DNA of 38,154 nucleotides, taken from the NCBI GenBank assembly GCA_903853185.1, contig CAINSX010000019.1, forward strand, positions 1-38,154. The letters are read 5' to 3'. Below, piece after piece: positions 27,311 through 37,083 of this stretch. The DNA comes from an uncultured Opitutia bacterium (GTDB taxonomy: Bacteria; Verrucomicrobiota; Verrucomicrobiia; Opitutales; UBA953). Under the pieces are notes generated by a model. It was not told where the DNA came from. It made no database searches and saw nothing but the letters and a program-made list of their open reading frames with translations. How positions within the stretch are numbered: the first letter of the stretch is position 1; every line of letters starts with the position of its first letter. A program made the position numbers and the translations under genes.

Positions 27311-28297
27311 ATGAACGAAGCAGCGCCCCTCCCGGAAGCCGCCGTCGTGGCCGAAAAGCTGACCAAGCGCTATGGTTCCCTCACCGCGGTGGAAGACCTG
27401 AGCTTCTCCGTCGCTCCGGGTGAAATCGTCGGCTTCCTGGGCCCGAATGGCGCCGGTAAGTCGACCACGATGCGGATCCTCTCCGGAACCATGTCGGGCA
27501 CCTCCGGTCGTGCCTCGATTTGGGGCGTCTCGGTAGCCCTCGACCCCGCTGGGGCTAAGCGCCATCTGGCCTACATGCCGGAGAACAATCCTCTGCCCGA
27601 AGACCTACGCGTCGAAGAGTACCTCACCCTCCGCGCCCGACTCAAGGACGTCGACCCCTCGCGGGTGGGCGAACGCGTCCGCAAAGTCATGGACGACTGC
27701 GACCTCACCCGCCGCGCCTCCGGCCGGCTCATCGGTCAGCTCTCGAAAGGCTTCCGCCAGCGCGTCGGCATCGCGGACGCCCTTCTTGCCGAACCGAAGG
27801 TCGTTATCCTCGACGAACCGACCATCGGACTGGATCCCCATCAAATCCTCGGCATCCGCGACCTCATCCGTTCGTTGCGAGGCAAGATGGCCGTACTCAT
27901 CTCGAGCCATATCCTCCATGAGGTCGAGCAGGTGTGTGATAAGGTTGTCATTATCAACCGCGGGCGCCTCGTCGCGCAGGGTCGCACGGAAGACCTCCGC
28001 CGCGAGCTCCTGCCGGAAGTCAGCTTCACCATCGTGACGCGCGCCGATGAAGCCGCGCTACTTGCCGCCTGCCGGACGATCGAAGCGGCGGCCACTGTGG
28101 CCGCCTTGCCCTCCGCTGACGGTTGGAATTCCTTCCGCATCAGCCTGCCCACGGGATCGTCTGCCCGCGAGACGCTCGCTGGCGCGCTCATCGCCGCCGG
28201 CATCAGCTTGCGCGAGATCGCCGAAGATCGCTTCGGGCTCGAAGACATCTTCCTCGCCGCCACGCGGCGCACCCCAGGAGAGGCCCGTCGTTCCTAA
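27311..28297 (+). CDS. ABC transporter ATP-binding protein (ABC-2/GldA-like)
   Basis: Walker A GPNGAGKSTT, signature LSKGFRQRVGIADAL, Walker B VILDEPTIGLD and H-loop SSHIL, followed by a C-terminal accessory domain of about 90 aa. Confidence 0.9.
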   Translation: MNEAAPLPEAAVVAEKLTKRYGSLTAVEDLSFSVAPGEIVGFLGPNGAGKSTTMRILSGTMSGTSGRASIWGVSVALDPAGAKRHLAYMPENNPLPEDLRVEEYLTLRARLKDVDPSRVGERVRKVMDDCDLTRRASGRLIGQLSKGFRQRVGIADALLAEPKVVILDEPTIGLDPHQILGIRDLIRSLRGKMAVLISSHILHEVEQVCDKVVIINRGRLVAQGRTEDLRRELLPEVSFTIVTRADEAALLAACRTIEAAATVAALPSADGWNSFRISLPTGSSARETLAGALIAAGISLREIAEDRFGLEDIFLAATRRTPGEARRS

Positions 28298-29058
28298 TGC
28301 GCCACTTCCGCACCTTGCTCGCGCACGAACTGCGCTCCGCCGCGCTCTCCTGGAGCACGTGGGCTGCTGCTGGTCTATTCCTCGCACTCATGGGCGGTAT
28401 CCATTTCTTCGCGCTCGTCGAAGGAAGTCGCGCGCCGAGCGACCGCACGCCCGTTGAGTCGACGCTCTGGTTCTTCTGGCTCCCGCTGCTGTGCGTGTTG
28501 CCACTGCTCACCATGCGCACCTTCGCCGAAGAACGTCGCTCCGGGACCTTGGCGGCCCTGCTCACCACGCCTGCCAGCGCCACTGCGGTCGTGTGGGCGA
28601 AGTTCCTGTCGACCTGGATTGTGTGGGTCGTCTTCTGGTTGCTGTTCACGCTCTTCCCTTTCCTCACCGTCCAGCGCCTCGGCACGCCGGGCGATACGCG
28701 CCTCGGCGATCCAGCGATCCTGTGGGGCGGCCTCTGCTTCATCGCCATCAGCGGACTACTGCATGTCGCCATCGGCATCCTGTGCAGCTGCGTCACGCGC
28801 TCTTCCGCGCTCGCGGCGCTGCTCGCTTTTATCAGCCTGCTGGCGATGACCGCCGCGGGTGGCGCGATGGAGTCGCTCCCCATCGAAAGTTGGGAGTGGC
28901 TCGGCTGGCTGCGGGAACCCGCCGCGCACCTGCGCACCTTCGGCCACCTCCAGGATTTCGCCGCTGGCATCCTGGATTCCCGCCCCATCATCCTTTACAG
29001 CACGGGCACCCTGCTCTGCCTAGGCCTAGCGGTATTATCTGTGGAGGGACAGGAGTAA
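28297..29058 (+). CDS. ABC-2 type permease (GldF-like)
   Basis: The ATG at 28297 shares its A with the upstream TAA (TAATG). The product MRHFRTLLAHELRSAALSWSTW... has about six hydrophobic helices and the FAEERRSGTL motif typical of ABC-2 permeases. The track start at 28123 is a TTG inside the ATPase gene. Confidence 0.75.
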   Translation: MRHFRTLLAHELRSAALSWSTWAAAGLFLALMGGIHFFALVEGSRAPSDRTPVESTLWFFWLPLLCVLPLLTMRTFAEERRSGTLAALLTTPASATAVVWAKFLSTWIVWVVFWLLFTLFPFLTVQRLGTPGDTRLGDPAILWGGLCFIAISGLLHVAIGILCSCVTRSSALAALLAFISLLAMTAAGGAMESLPIESWEWLGWLREPAAHLRTFGHLQDFAAGILDSRPIILYSTGTLLCLGLAVLSVEGQE

Positions 29059-29059
29059 C

Positions 29060-30568
29060 ATGGCGCCCATTCGCGATGACTTCGGTTCCGTCCGGCCCAT
29101 CCGCCGGCTCAACCGCCTGACGCAGGCCCTGCTCGCCATCGCGCTCGCGGTGGTCGTCAACTTCCTCGCCTCGCTGCCGGAGTTCCGTCTGCGCCACGAC
29201 ATCACCTCCGATCGTCGGCATTCCCTCGCACCCGAATCGGCGGAGACCGTCCGGGCGGCCGGCCGACGTAGCCCGGTCGGCGTGGGCCGCAACCAAGGCT
29301 GGGTGAAGGCGGTGCTGGTGACCAACGACGTGTCCGAGCCTGCGCAAGTCGTCCGCGGACGACTACTCAAGCTCCTCGATTCTTATGTCGTCGAATCCGG
29401 ACGCAGCGGACCCGCGTGGTTCTCCGTCGAGCTCGCCGGCGGCGGACGCAACGCCCCCCTGCTCTCCGAACTCGCGGCGCGGCATGGCATACCGGACGCC
29501 TCCGTCGCGCTCATCCTGAGCTGCGGCTCCCGCGCCAAGTATGTCAGCTATCGAGAACTCGTGACCAAGGAAGGCGGCTTCCGCGGCGAAGAGGCCGTGA
29601 CCTCCGCGCTCATCGAGGTCACCGAAGAAAAGGCCGCCATCTGCTACGTCACCACCGGCCACGGCGAACTCGGCGTCGAAGACGCGATGCCTGAGCGCGG
29701 GATGTCGCTGCTGTCGCGTCAGCTACGCAACCGCAACTTCGAGGTCCGCCAGCTGAACCTCGCCACGCTCGCCGAAGTGCCTCGCGACGCGGCGATGGTC
29801 TTCATCGCCGGACCGGCCACGCCCTTCTCAGCCTCCGAGAACGCACGCCTCAAGAATTACCTCTACGAACGCAACGGCCGCGTGCTCGCGATGCTCGACC
29901 CGGGGCGCGAGCATGGCCTCGAACCGACCTTGGCGGACTGGGCGATCTTCTCACCCGACGCCGAACTCCAGGAGCCCGACCCTGCGCGACGCACCACCGA
30001 CGGCGATATCGCCCTGATTCGTCTCGAGGAGAAAGAGCACCCACTGACCAAAGTCCTCAAGGAACAGAACCTTCCGCTTATCGCCTCGCGCATCCGTCCG
30101 GCTCGCTTCGACGAAGGCAGCGCGCCCGACAGCACGCTCGGAGTCTGGCAGCTTGTCTTCTCCTCCGACGCCGCTTGGGGCGAGACTGACCTCGTCCGCC
30201 GACCGGTGAAGTTTGACCCTGACCGCGACCAAGCTGGCCCCGTCTGTCTGGCCGCCGCGGCGGAACGCGCCACCGGCATCCGCAAGGGCGTGGGCGGCGC
30301 CGGCGGCCGACTTGTCGTCATCGGCACCTCCCAGATCGCCGCCAACCAACGCCTGAACCGAGGCGGCAACCGGGCCTTCGTCACGCAGTGCGCCGCATGG
30401 CTCACCGACCGCGACCGCGCCATCTCCCTGCCGGCCCGCTCCGAAGGCGAATACCAGCTCAACGCCACCGCCGCCGACTTCTGGGCCCTGGCCCTGCGCT
30501 TCTCCCTGATTCCGCTAGCCGTCCTCGCAGTCGGGCTTGCGGTTTCCGTGTGGCGTCGCAGAAGTTGA
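29060..30568 (+). CDS. GldG-like ABC-transporter auxiliary protein (ABC_transp_aux-type)
   Basis: It has an N-terminal TM LTQALLAIALAVVVNFLASL, a large extracytoplasmic domain with the family-typical ICYVTTGHGE motif, and a C-terminal TM LIPLAVLAVGLAVSVW. The ATG lies 1 nt after the permease stop, preceded by GGAGGGACAGGAG. Confidence 0.7.
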   Translation: MAPIRDDFGSVRPIRRLNRLTQALLAIALAVVVNFLASLPEFRLRHDITSDRRHSLAPESAETVRAAGRRSPVGVGRNQGWVKAVLVTNDVSEPAQVVRGRLLKLLDSYVVESGRSGPAWFSVELAGGGRNAPLLSELAARHGIPDASVALILSCGSRAKYVSYRELVTKEGGFRGEEAVTSALIEVTEEKAAICYVTTGHGELGVEDAMPERGMSLLSRQLRNRNFEVRQLNLATLAEVPRDAAMVFIAGPATPFSASENARLKNYLYERNGRVLAMLDPGREHGLEPTLADWAIFSPDAELQEPDPARRTTDGDIALIRLEEKEHPLTKVLKEQNLPLIASRIRPARFDEGSAPDSTLGVWQLVFSSDAAWGETDLVRRPVKFDPDRDQAGPVCLAAAAERATGIRKGVGGAGGRLVVIGTSQIAANQRLNRGGNRAFVTQCAAWLTDRDRAISLPARSEGEYQLNATAADFWALALRFSLIPLAVLAVGLAVSVWRRRS

Positions 30569-30575
30569 CGTGCAC

Positions 30576-32414
30576 ATGCGGATCTCCCGCACCACCGTCA
30601 TCCTGTTGGTCGCCAACCTGATTGCCTTCGGGCTCGTCTGGAGGGTCACATCCGGCCATCAGCCGACGGCCATCAGCCAGACACAGCTCTTCCCGTCGAC
30701 GCCGACGAAGCTGATTCTGAGCGAAGGCCCAGAACGGATCGTGCTCGAAAAACGCAATTCCGGCTGGCGCCTGGCCGAGCCGTTCGACTGGCCGGCCAAT
30801 ATCTGGTCCGTGCAGCGCCTGCTCGATGAACTCCGCTTCGTCAGCGCCGAAGCCGGCTTCGACGCGGCCGAAGCCAAGGCCAACGGTTCCGGGCTGAAGG
30901 ACTACGGCCTCGAAGCGCCGCGCTGGACCCTTAAGGTCACCTCAGAGACCGGCTCCACCGTCGAGGCGAAGATCGGCATCCAGCCCTCAACGCGCCATCA
31001 CTTCCTGCTCACCGACGACGGCAAGCGTATCATCCCCTTGCCTGAAGCGATGGCGGCGGCTTTAGCCGCCAAGCCGGAAAGCTACCGCGTTGATAAGATC
31101 TTCGAGATCGCCGACTTCGAGGCGCGCGCCGTCTCGGTCCGTCACCGCACCAAGGATGGCGAAATCGTCACCGCCCTCACCTCCGAAGCCCGCCCGCGCA
31201 TCGGACGACGCGTCCAGCTGGCCGAGTGGCGCTTCGAGACCCCTTACGACGCCCTCGCCGATGCCGAGGCCACCGCCCGGGCGGTCGCCGATCTCACCAA
31301 CCTGCGGGCCAGCAAGTTCGTCACCCTCGCCGATGAGGTCACCGGACTAACCGCTCCAGTGCTCCGCCTGTCGCTCGAAGGCAATGGTCGCCGCCAGGTG
31401 CTGCTCGTCGGCAACCCCGCACCGGGCCAGCCCACAATGCTTTGCGCTCGCCTGGAGGAAAATAGCTCCGTCTTCCTCATCGAAGCACGCCTGCTCAATG
31501 AATGGTTCGCCGCGCGCGAGACACTCGCCGCCTCCCGTCCAGCGGACTTCGACGCGACGCTCGTCACTGGGTTTACCATCTCCGCCGGCGGCCGCACCAT
31601 CACGTTACACCGACTGGAAGGCGCCGCCGCCGAAGCCCGCTGGGAAATCCCGGTCGCGCCAGGCTCCACGGCCACTAAGCGACGCGAAGCCGACGCCAAG
31701 ATTGTCGGACGCTTCCTCGACGCCGTGGCGCAGCTCCGCGCGACGCGCCGCAAGTCCGCCGTCGGCGGCGCAAGCGTGCCTGCAGTGATGACACTGATGA
31801 ATCCTGGTACCGCCTCGATTCAAACCGTTGAACTCGAATTCGGCACGGAGCGTATCCTGCTCACGTTCACGGACGACCCGGACAGAGGAGCAGGCACGCG
31901 CGTTGTGCACGCCAAAGGCTCGCCACTCGCAGCGGTATGCGATGTCTCCCTGCTGAACGGCGGCCACCAGAACGTCGAACCCCAGGCATGGCGTAAACGC
32001 GCTGTAGCGGAACTTCCCCAAGGAGCCCGCGTGAGCGGCCTGCGCCTCACCTCCCGCGGCGACGGCAAAGTCCTCGGCGAAGCGCGCCTCGGCCCTGACG
32101 GCAACTGGGCTGGATCCGGACGCCTTGACCCCGCGAACTCACGGCGCCTCGCAGTCGGCCTCGCCGAGGTCCGCGCATCGGAATTCCCTGGACGTAACGT
32201 TGGTTCGGGCGGATGGAAATTCGAGATCCGGGTGACGGACCAGGCTGCCACCGGTGGCGGCGCGGCAAGCGAGACCTTCCGGACCTACCTCTGCTCGGCC
32301 CCTTTCAGCACACGCTCGCTCCTCATGCGAGACGAAGCCGATGACGACGACTTCATCCTTGAAGCCGGCCTCGCCGAAATCCTAATTCCGCTACTGGCCG
32401 ACCCCGGCAGATGA
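30576..32414 (+). CDS. DUF4340-like N-terminally anchored periplasmic protein
   Basis: The ATG at 30576 gives MRISRTTVILLVANLIAFGLVW (single anchor) followed by about 590 soluble residues. Its position directly after a GldG-like gene is the usual DUF4340 context. The assignment rests on architecture and context, not a motif. Confidence 0.5.
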   Translation: MRISRTTVILLVANLIAFGLVWRVTSGHQPTAISQTQLFPSTPTKLILSEGPERIVLEKRNSGWRLAEPFDWPANIWSVQRLLDELRFVSAEAGFDAAEAKANGSGLKDYGLEAPRWTLKVTSETGSTVEAKIGIQPSTRHHFLLTDDGKRIIPLPEAMAAALAAKPESYRVDKIFEIADFEARAVSVRHRTKDGEIVTALTSEARPRIGRRVQLAEWRFETPYDALADAEATARAVADLTNLRASKFVTLADEVTGLTAPVLRLSLEGNGRRQVLLVGNPAPGQPTMLCARLEENSSVFLIEARLLNEWFAARETLAASRPADFDATLVTGFTISAGGRTITLHRLEGAAAEARWEIPVAPGSTATKRREADAKIVGRFLDAVAQLRATRRKSAVGGASVPAVMTLMNPGTASIQTVELEFGTERILLTFTDDPDRGAGTRVVHAKGSPLAAVCDVSLLNGGHQNVEPQAWRKRAVAELPQGARVSGLRLTSRGDGKVLGEARLGPDGNWAGSGRLDPANSRRLAVGLAEVRASEFPGRNVGSGGWKFEIRVTDQAATGGGAASETFRTYLCSAPFSTRSLLMRDEADDDDFILEAGLAEILIPLLADPGR

Positions 32415-35134
32415 AACCGAAGCCGGCAAGTTCCCCTTTCCGCAGGTTCCTGCGCGGACTGACGAACACCTGCCTGCTCCTATTACTTCCGGTCCAGCTG
32501 ACACTTTACTGGGTCGCCAACCTCGACCATCCGACGAAGCTGCCGGACTTCCTGACGGAACGCATCTCGACGCAGCTCGCCGAACAAGGTCTGCGAATGC
32601 AGGCGCGTAATTTCTGGATGTTGCCCGACCTGACGCTGGCGGCCGATGACCTGTCGCTCGGGGTAGACGGAATGACCGGCGAGATCTTCACCGCCGCGCG
32701 CGTGGAAATCGCGCTCAATCCCGCACTCCTCGTCGCTGGACAGATCGAACCCACGCAGGTGCGCCTGTCCGGTGCGCGTCTCTGGTGTCCGGCCTCCGTC
32801 GCCCGCAGCGGCGTCCGCCGGCCGCTGATCGATACCCTGACGGTTGACGTGACGAAGGAAGGCCGCTGGCTCAATCTTCGCTCCATTCAAGCACGCGGCG
32901 GCAAGATCACCTGCCATCTTTCTGGCGAGGTGCCGACGGGGCTCCTCCGAGGCGAGAAACAATCCGAGGTAAAGATTCCGCTCGCCCGAAGACTCGCCGA
33001 GGCTTTCGCCGCCATCGAGACGGCGGTCGATGTGGCCGAACGTTCCGGCGGCGCTTCCGTCTCGCTCCGCTGCCAAGGCAGCAGCGATGGGAGTGCCGAG
33101 CTCGCCGTTCTGGCCGTGCTCGGTAACGATTGGGCCGACGGCGGGCTCGGGCTCATCCAGGCGCGCGGCCTCAATCTCCATGGCACGGTGAAGGTCACGG
33201 CCAACGGACGAATCAACGATTGGCAGCTCAACGGTGGTGCGCAAGAGATGGCCTGGCGCAATATCTCAGCGGACCGGCTCGACGTGCATGCGCACGGCAA
33301 AGGCCGGAGCGAAGACACCGTCGCGGAACTGACGCTCGCCCGGGCAAAGGTGCTCGGCCTCGAACTCAGTCGTGTAAGACTGAATGCCCGACCCGTCGTC
33401 GGTGGCGGCAGCCGGATTGACTTTGACATCCTTTCCGAGGCCTCGACAGCCAGCGGCACGGCGACCCTCGGCCAGAATGGAGCGGTGGTGGCAACGGTCG
33501 CCCACGGGGTTATCTCTGGAGCGGAAATCAGCGCCCAGCCGGAAATCGGCAAACTCCTCCACGCTGCCGGCGTCGACCTGCGCGGCGTGATTCTGCTTCG
33601 CGAGATCACGGCGGAAGTCTCACCGAAGGGCGAATTCGGACATGCTTCGGGCGAGGTCTCGCTCTCTGGCTTCCGTGGCCTGGGGCTCGCGGCGGAGACG
33701 ATCTCGCCGGACAAGGCCTTGCCCTTGCGCACGCACTTCGACTTCGACCCCTCCCGCACCGAGTACCCGCTTCGACTACGCGACCTGCGTATCGCCTCGA
33801 TTACGGGGTCGGCCGACTGCGAACTTAAGGCCGGCGGGGCGTACAGTCTCCACCTGAACGGCGAAATCGCGCCCGCGAGCCTCGACCGCGTGCTCGGCGA
33901 ATGGTGGGTCTCCCTCTGGCAGATGTTGCTCATCCGCGAGAACCCTTACGCGGTCATCGACATTGAAAGCCATTGGGGTGCGATGACCAGCGTGACGAAA
34001 GGCCGCGTCCTCCTGAACCGCTTTGACTTTATGGGCGCGCCTTTCCGGCACGTCGAAGTCTCCATCGACGCCGACCCCAAGCGGACCTTCATCGGGCTCC
34101 ATCACCTAGGCGGCGGTGATTCCGAAGCCGACGGCAGCCTCGATGGTTCAGCCTCCTGGGATTGGTCGAAGCCGCTGGCGCTCGCTGGACCCGTCGTCCG
34201 CTTAGAAGGCAACCTGCAGCCATGGATCGCCGCGCGTTGCGCTGGCAAAGATTTCGGTGAAGCCCTGCGCGGGCTCTCCCTGCCCGTCGACCACCGCTTC
34301 ACCTTGTTGCTCACGCCCGGCGCGAAAGATCCGGACATCCAGACCTCGATCGAATGTACCGGCGCCTTTTCTGCCTGGGGCGTCTCTGGGAAATCCCTGC
34401 AGGCGAACACCGAGAACATCGACGGCGGCATGCGCGTGCGCGCGAAGCTCGGGCTCGCCGACGGCGAAGCCCTGCTCACGCTGGACGGCGACCCGTTGCA
34501 CGAAACCAAGATCTCCCTCGGACTCAAAGGCTGCGACCCCGCTCAGATTGGCCAGCTGCTGAACGACCTAGGCTCACCCAAGCCGAAGGACTCGCCAGCA
34601 CCTTCCGCCACCAAGGTGACCTCGGCCGGCAAACTGGACCTCGAATTCGCTGGGCACCTCGACCTCGAAAGGCCGCGCCTATTGAAGGGGCTTGGCCACT
34701 ACTCGCTCACGGATCCGGAGCTCAAGAAGGTGCGGCTCCTCGGCGGTATCTCCAGGGTCCTGGAAGTGTTAGGCGTGGGCGCCACGACCTACGAACTCAG
34801 TCAGGCCAAGGGCACCTTCGGCTGCGTGGGTGGCCGGGCATACTTACCCGACCTGGCCATCACCGGCCCCCAAGCCCGCCTAGACCTGGCCGGCGAAATC
34901 GACCTCCAGGCCTCCACCTTGGACTTCGAAGGGGACTTCTCCCTGCCCCGGAAGGCTGGGTTCAATCCGCTGGACCTTATCAACCTGAATCGCGCCCTCA
35001 TTAGCTTAACGAAAATAAAGCTAAAAGGGCCTCTTTCGAAGCCGGAAACCAGTGCGATTCCGACGCTGAAAGATATCATTAAGTCACAGAAGGACAGTAA
35101 GTTAGGTAAGATTCCAGATGGAATTCAGGAATGA
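32411..35134 (+). CDS. Large (907 aa) N-terminally anchored envelope protein, AsmA/YhdP-like
   Basis: The ATGA overlap joins it to the upstream gene. It has one N-terminal TM CLLLLLPVQLTLYWVA and a long beta-rich repetitive body. The C-terminus (LDLAGEIDLQASTLDFEGDFSL...KIKLKGPLSKPETS) resembles the AsmA-like C-terminal region. This needs HMM confirmation. Confidence 0.45.
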   Translation: MKPKPASSPFRRFLRGLTNTCLLLLLPVQLTLYWVANLDHPTKLPDFLTERISTQLAEQGLRMQARNFWMLPDLTLAADDLSLGVDGMTGEIFTAARVEIALNPALLVAGQIEPTQVRLSGARLWCPASVARSGVRRPLIDTLTVDVTKEGRWLNLRSIQARGGKITCHLSGEVPTGLLRGEKQSEVKIPLARRLAEAFAAIETAVDVAERSGGASVSLRCQGSSDGSAELAVLAVLGNDWADGGLGLIQARGLNLHGTVKVTANGRINDWQLNGGAQEMAWRNISADRLDVHAHGKGRSEDTVAELTLARAKVLGLELSRVRLNARPVVGGGSRIDFDILSEASTASGTATLGQNGAVVATVAHGVISGAEISAQPEIGKLLHAAGVDLRGVILLREITAEVSPKGEFGHASGEVSLSGFRGLGLAAETISPDKALPLRTHFDFDPSRTEYPLRLRDLRIASITGSADCELKAGGAYSLHLNGEIAPASLDRVLGEWWVSLWQMLLIRENPYAVIDIESHWGAMTSVTKGRVLLNRFDFMGAPFRHVEVSIDADPKRTFIGLHHLGGGDSEADGSLDGSASWDWSKPLALAGPVVRLEGNLQPWIAARCAGKDFGEALRGLSLPVDHRFTLLLTPGAKDPDIQTSIECTGAFSAWGVSGKSLQANTENIDGGMRVRAKLGLADGEALLTLDGDPLHETKISLGLKGCDPAQIGQLLNDLGSPKPKDSPAPSATKVTSAGKLDLEFAGHLDLERPRLLKGLGHYSLTDPELKKVRLLGGISRVLEVLGVGATTYELSQAKGTFGCVGGRAYLPDLAITGPQARLDLAGEIDLQASTLDFEGDFSLPRKAGFNPLDLINLNRALISLTKIKLKGPLSKPETSAIPTLKDIIKSQKDSKLGKIPDGIQE

Positions 35135-35138
35135 GGGG

Positions 35139-35168
35139 TTGATTTACCCCCCTGACACCCTGTATCTA
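35139..35168 (+). promoter_or_regulatory. Candidate sigma70-like promoter for accBC
   Basis: TTGATT (35139-35144), an 18-nt spacer, then TATCTA (35163-35168), in a locally AT-rich stretch upstream of GGAGG (35186-35190) and the TTG at 35199. The hexamer matches are weak. Confidence 0.2.
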
Positions 35169-35198
35169 GAGGGACACCCCCTCACGGAGGACATTACC

Positions 35199-35672
35199 TT
35201 GGACCTAATTAAGATTAAACAAGTCGTGGATTTAATGAAGAAGTCGGACCTTTCCGAGTTCGAGATCCAGGACCAGGACTTCAAGCTGCGCATCAAGCGC
35301 GACCTACCCGGTCGTGCCCCGATCGCGGCCCAGGCCGCCCCTGTGGCGGCCGCCCCCGCCCCCGTGGCTGCGGCGTCGGCCCCTGTGGCCGCTGCCCCTG
35401 CCCCGGCCGCCCCCGCCGCCGCGGACCCCAGCATCAAACTGGTCACGTCCCCGATGGTCGGCACCTACTACTGCACCCCTTCCCCTGAGAACCCTCCCTT
35501 CGTCACCGTAGGCTCCCCGATCAAAGCCGACACCGTCGTCTGCATCATCGAAGCCATGAAGGTCATGAACGAGATCCAGTCGGAAATCTCCGGTACGGTG
35601 GTCGAGTGCCTGGTCGCCAACGGCACCTCGGTCGAATTCGGCCAGCCTCTCTTCCGCGTGAAGGTTAGCTGA
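35199..35672 (+). CDS. accB: Acetyl-CoA carboxylase biotin carboxyl carrier protein
   Basis: It has the biotinylation motif EAMKVMNEI, an Ala/Pro linker and a C-terminal lipoyl-like fold. From the TTG at 35199 (GGAGG 8 nt upstream) the product starts (M)[23 protein letters not shown], matching the E. coli BCCP N-terminus [24 protein letters not shown]. The alternative ATG at 35118 overlaps the upstream gene by 17 nt and adds 27 unconserved residues. Confidence 0.88.
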   Translation: MDLIKIKQVVDLMKKSDLSEFEIQDQDFKLRIKRDLPGRAPIAAQAAPVAAAPAPVAAASAPVAAAPAPAAPAAADPSIKLVTSPMVGTYYCTPSPENPPFVTVGSPIKADTVVCIIEAMKVMNEIQSEISGTVVECLVANGTSVEFGQPLFRVKVS

Positions 35673-35688
35673 GCACGAACACCCGAGC

Positions 35689-37065
<1,377 letters not shown>

Positions 37066-37083
37066 GCGGCCCCGCCGCCGACG

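Noticed and set aside
32887-33933. 348-aa minus-strand ORF, plus the 253-aa ORF at 32483..33244
   Set aside because: Both are antisense to the 907-aa plus-strand gene, which is translationally coupled (ATGA) to its upstream neighbour. The products are Ser/Pro/Arg/Ala low-complexity.
35316-35423. Apparent tandem repeat (gcccctgtggc.gc.gcccc... units) encoding [36 protein letters not shown]
   Set aside because: This is the ordinary flexible Ala/Pro linker of biotin carboxyl carrier proteins, not a non-coding repeat or a CRISPR-like array.
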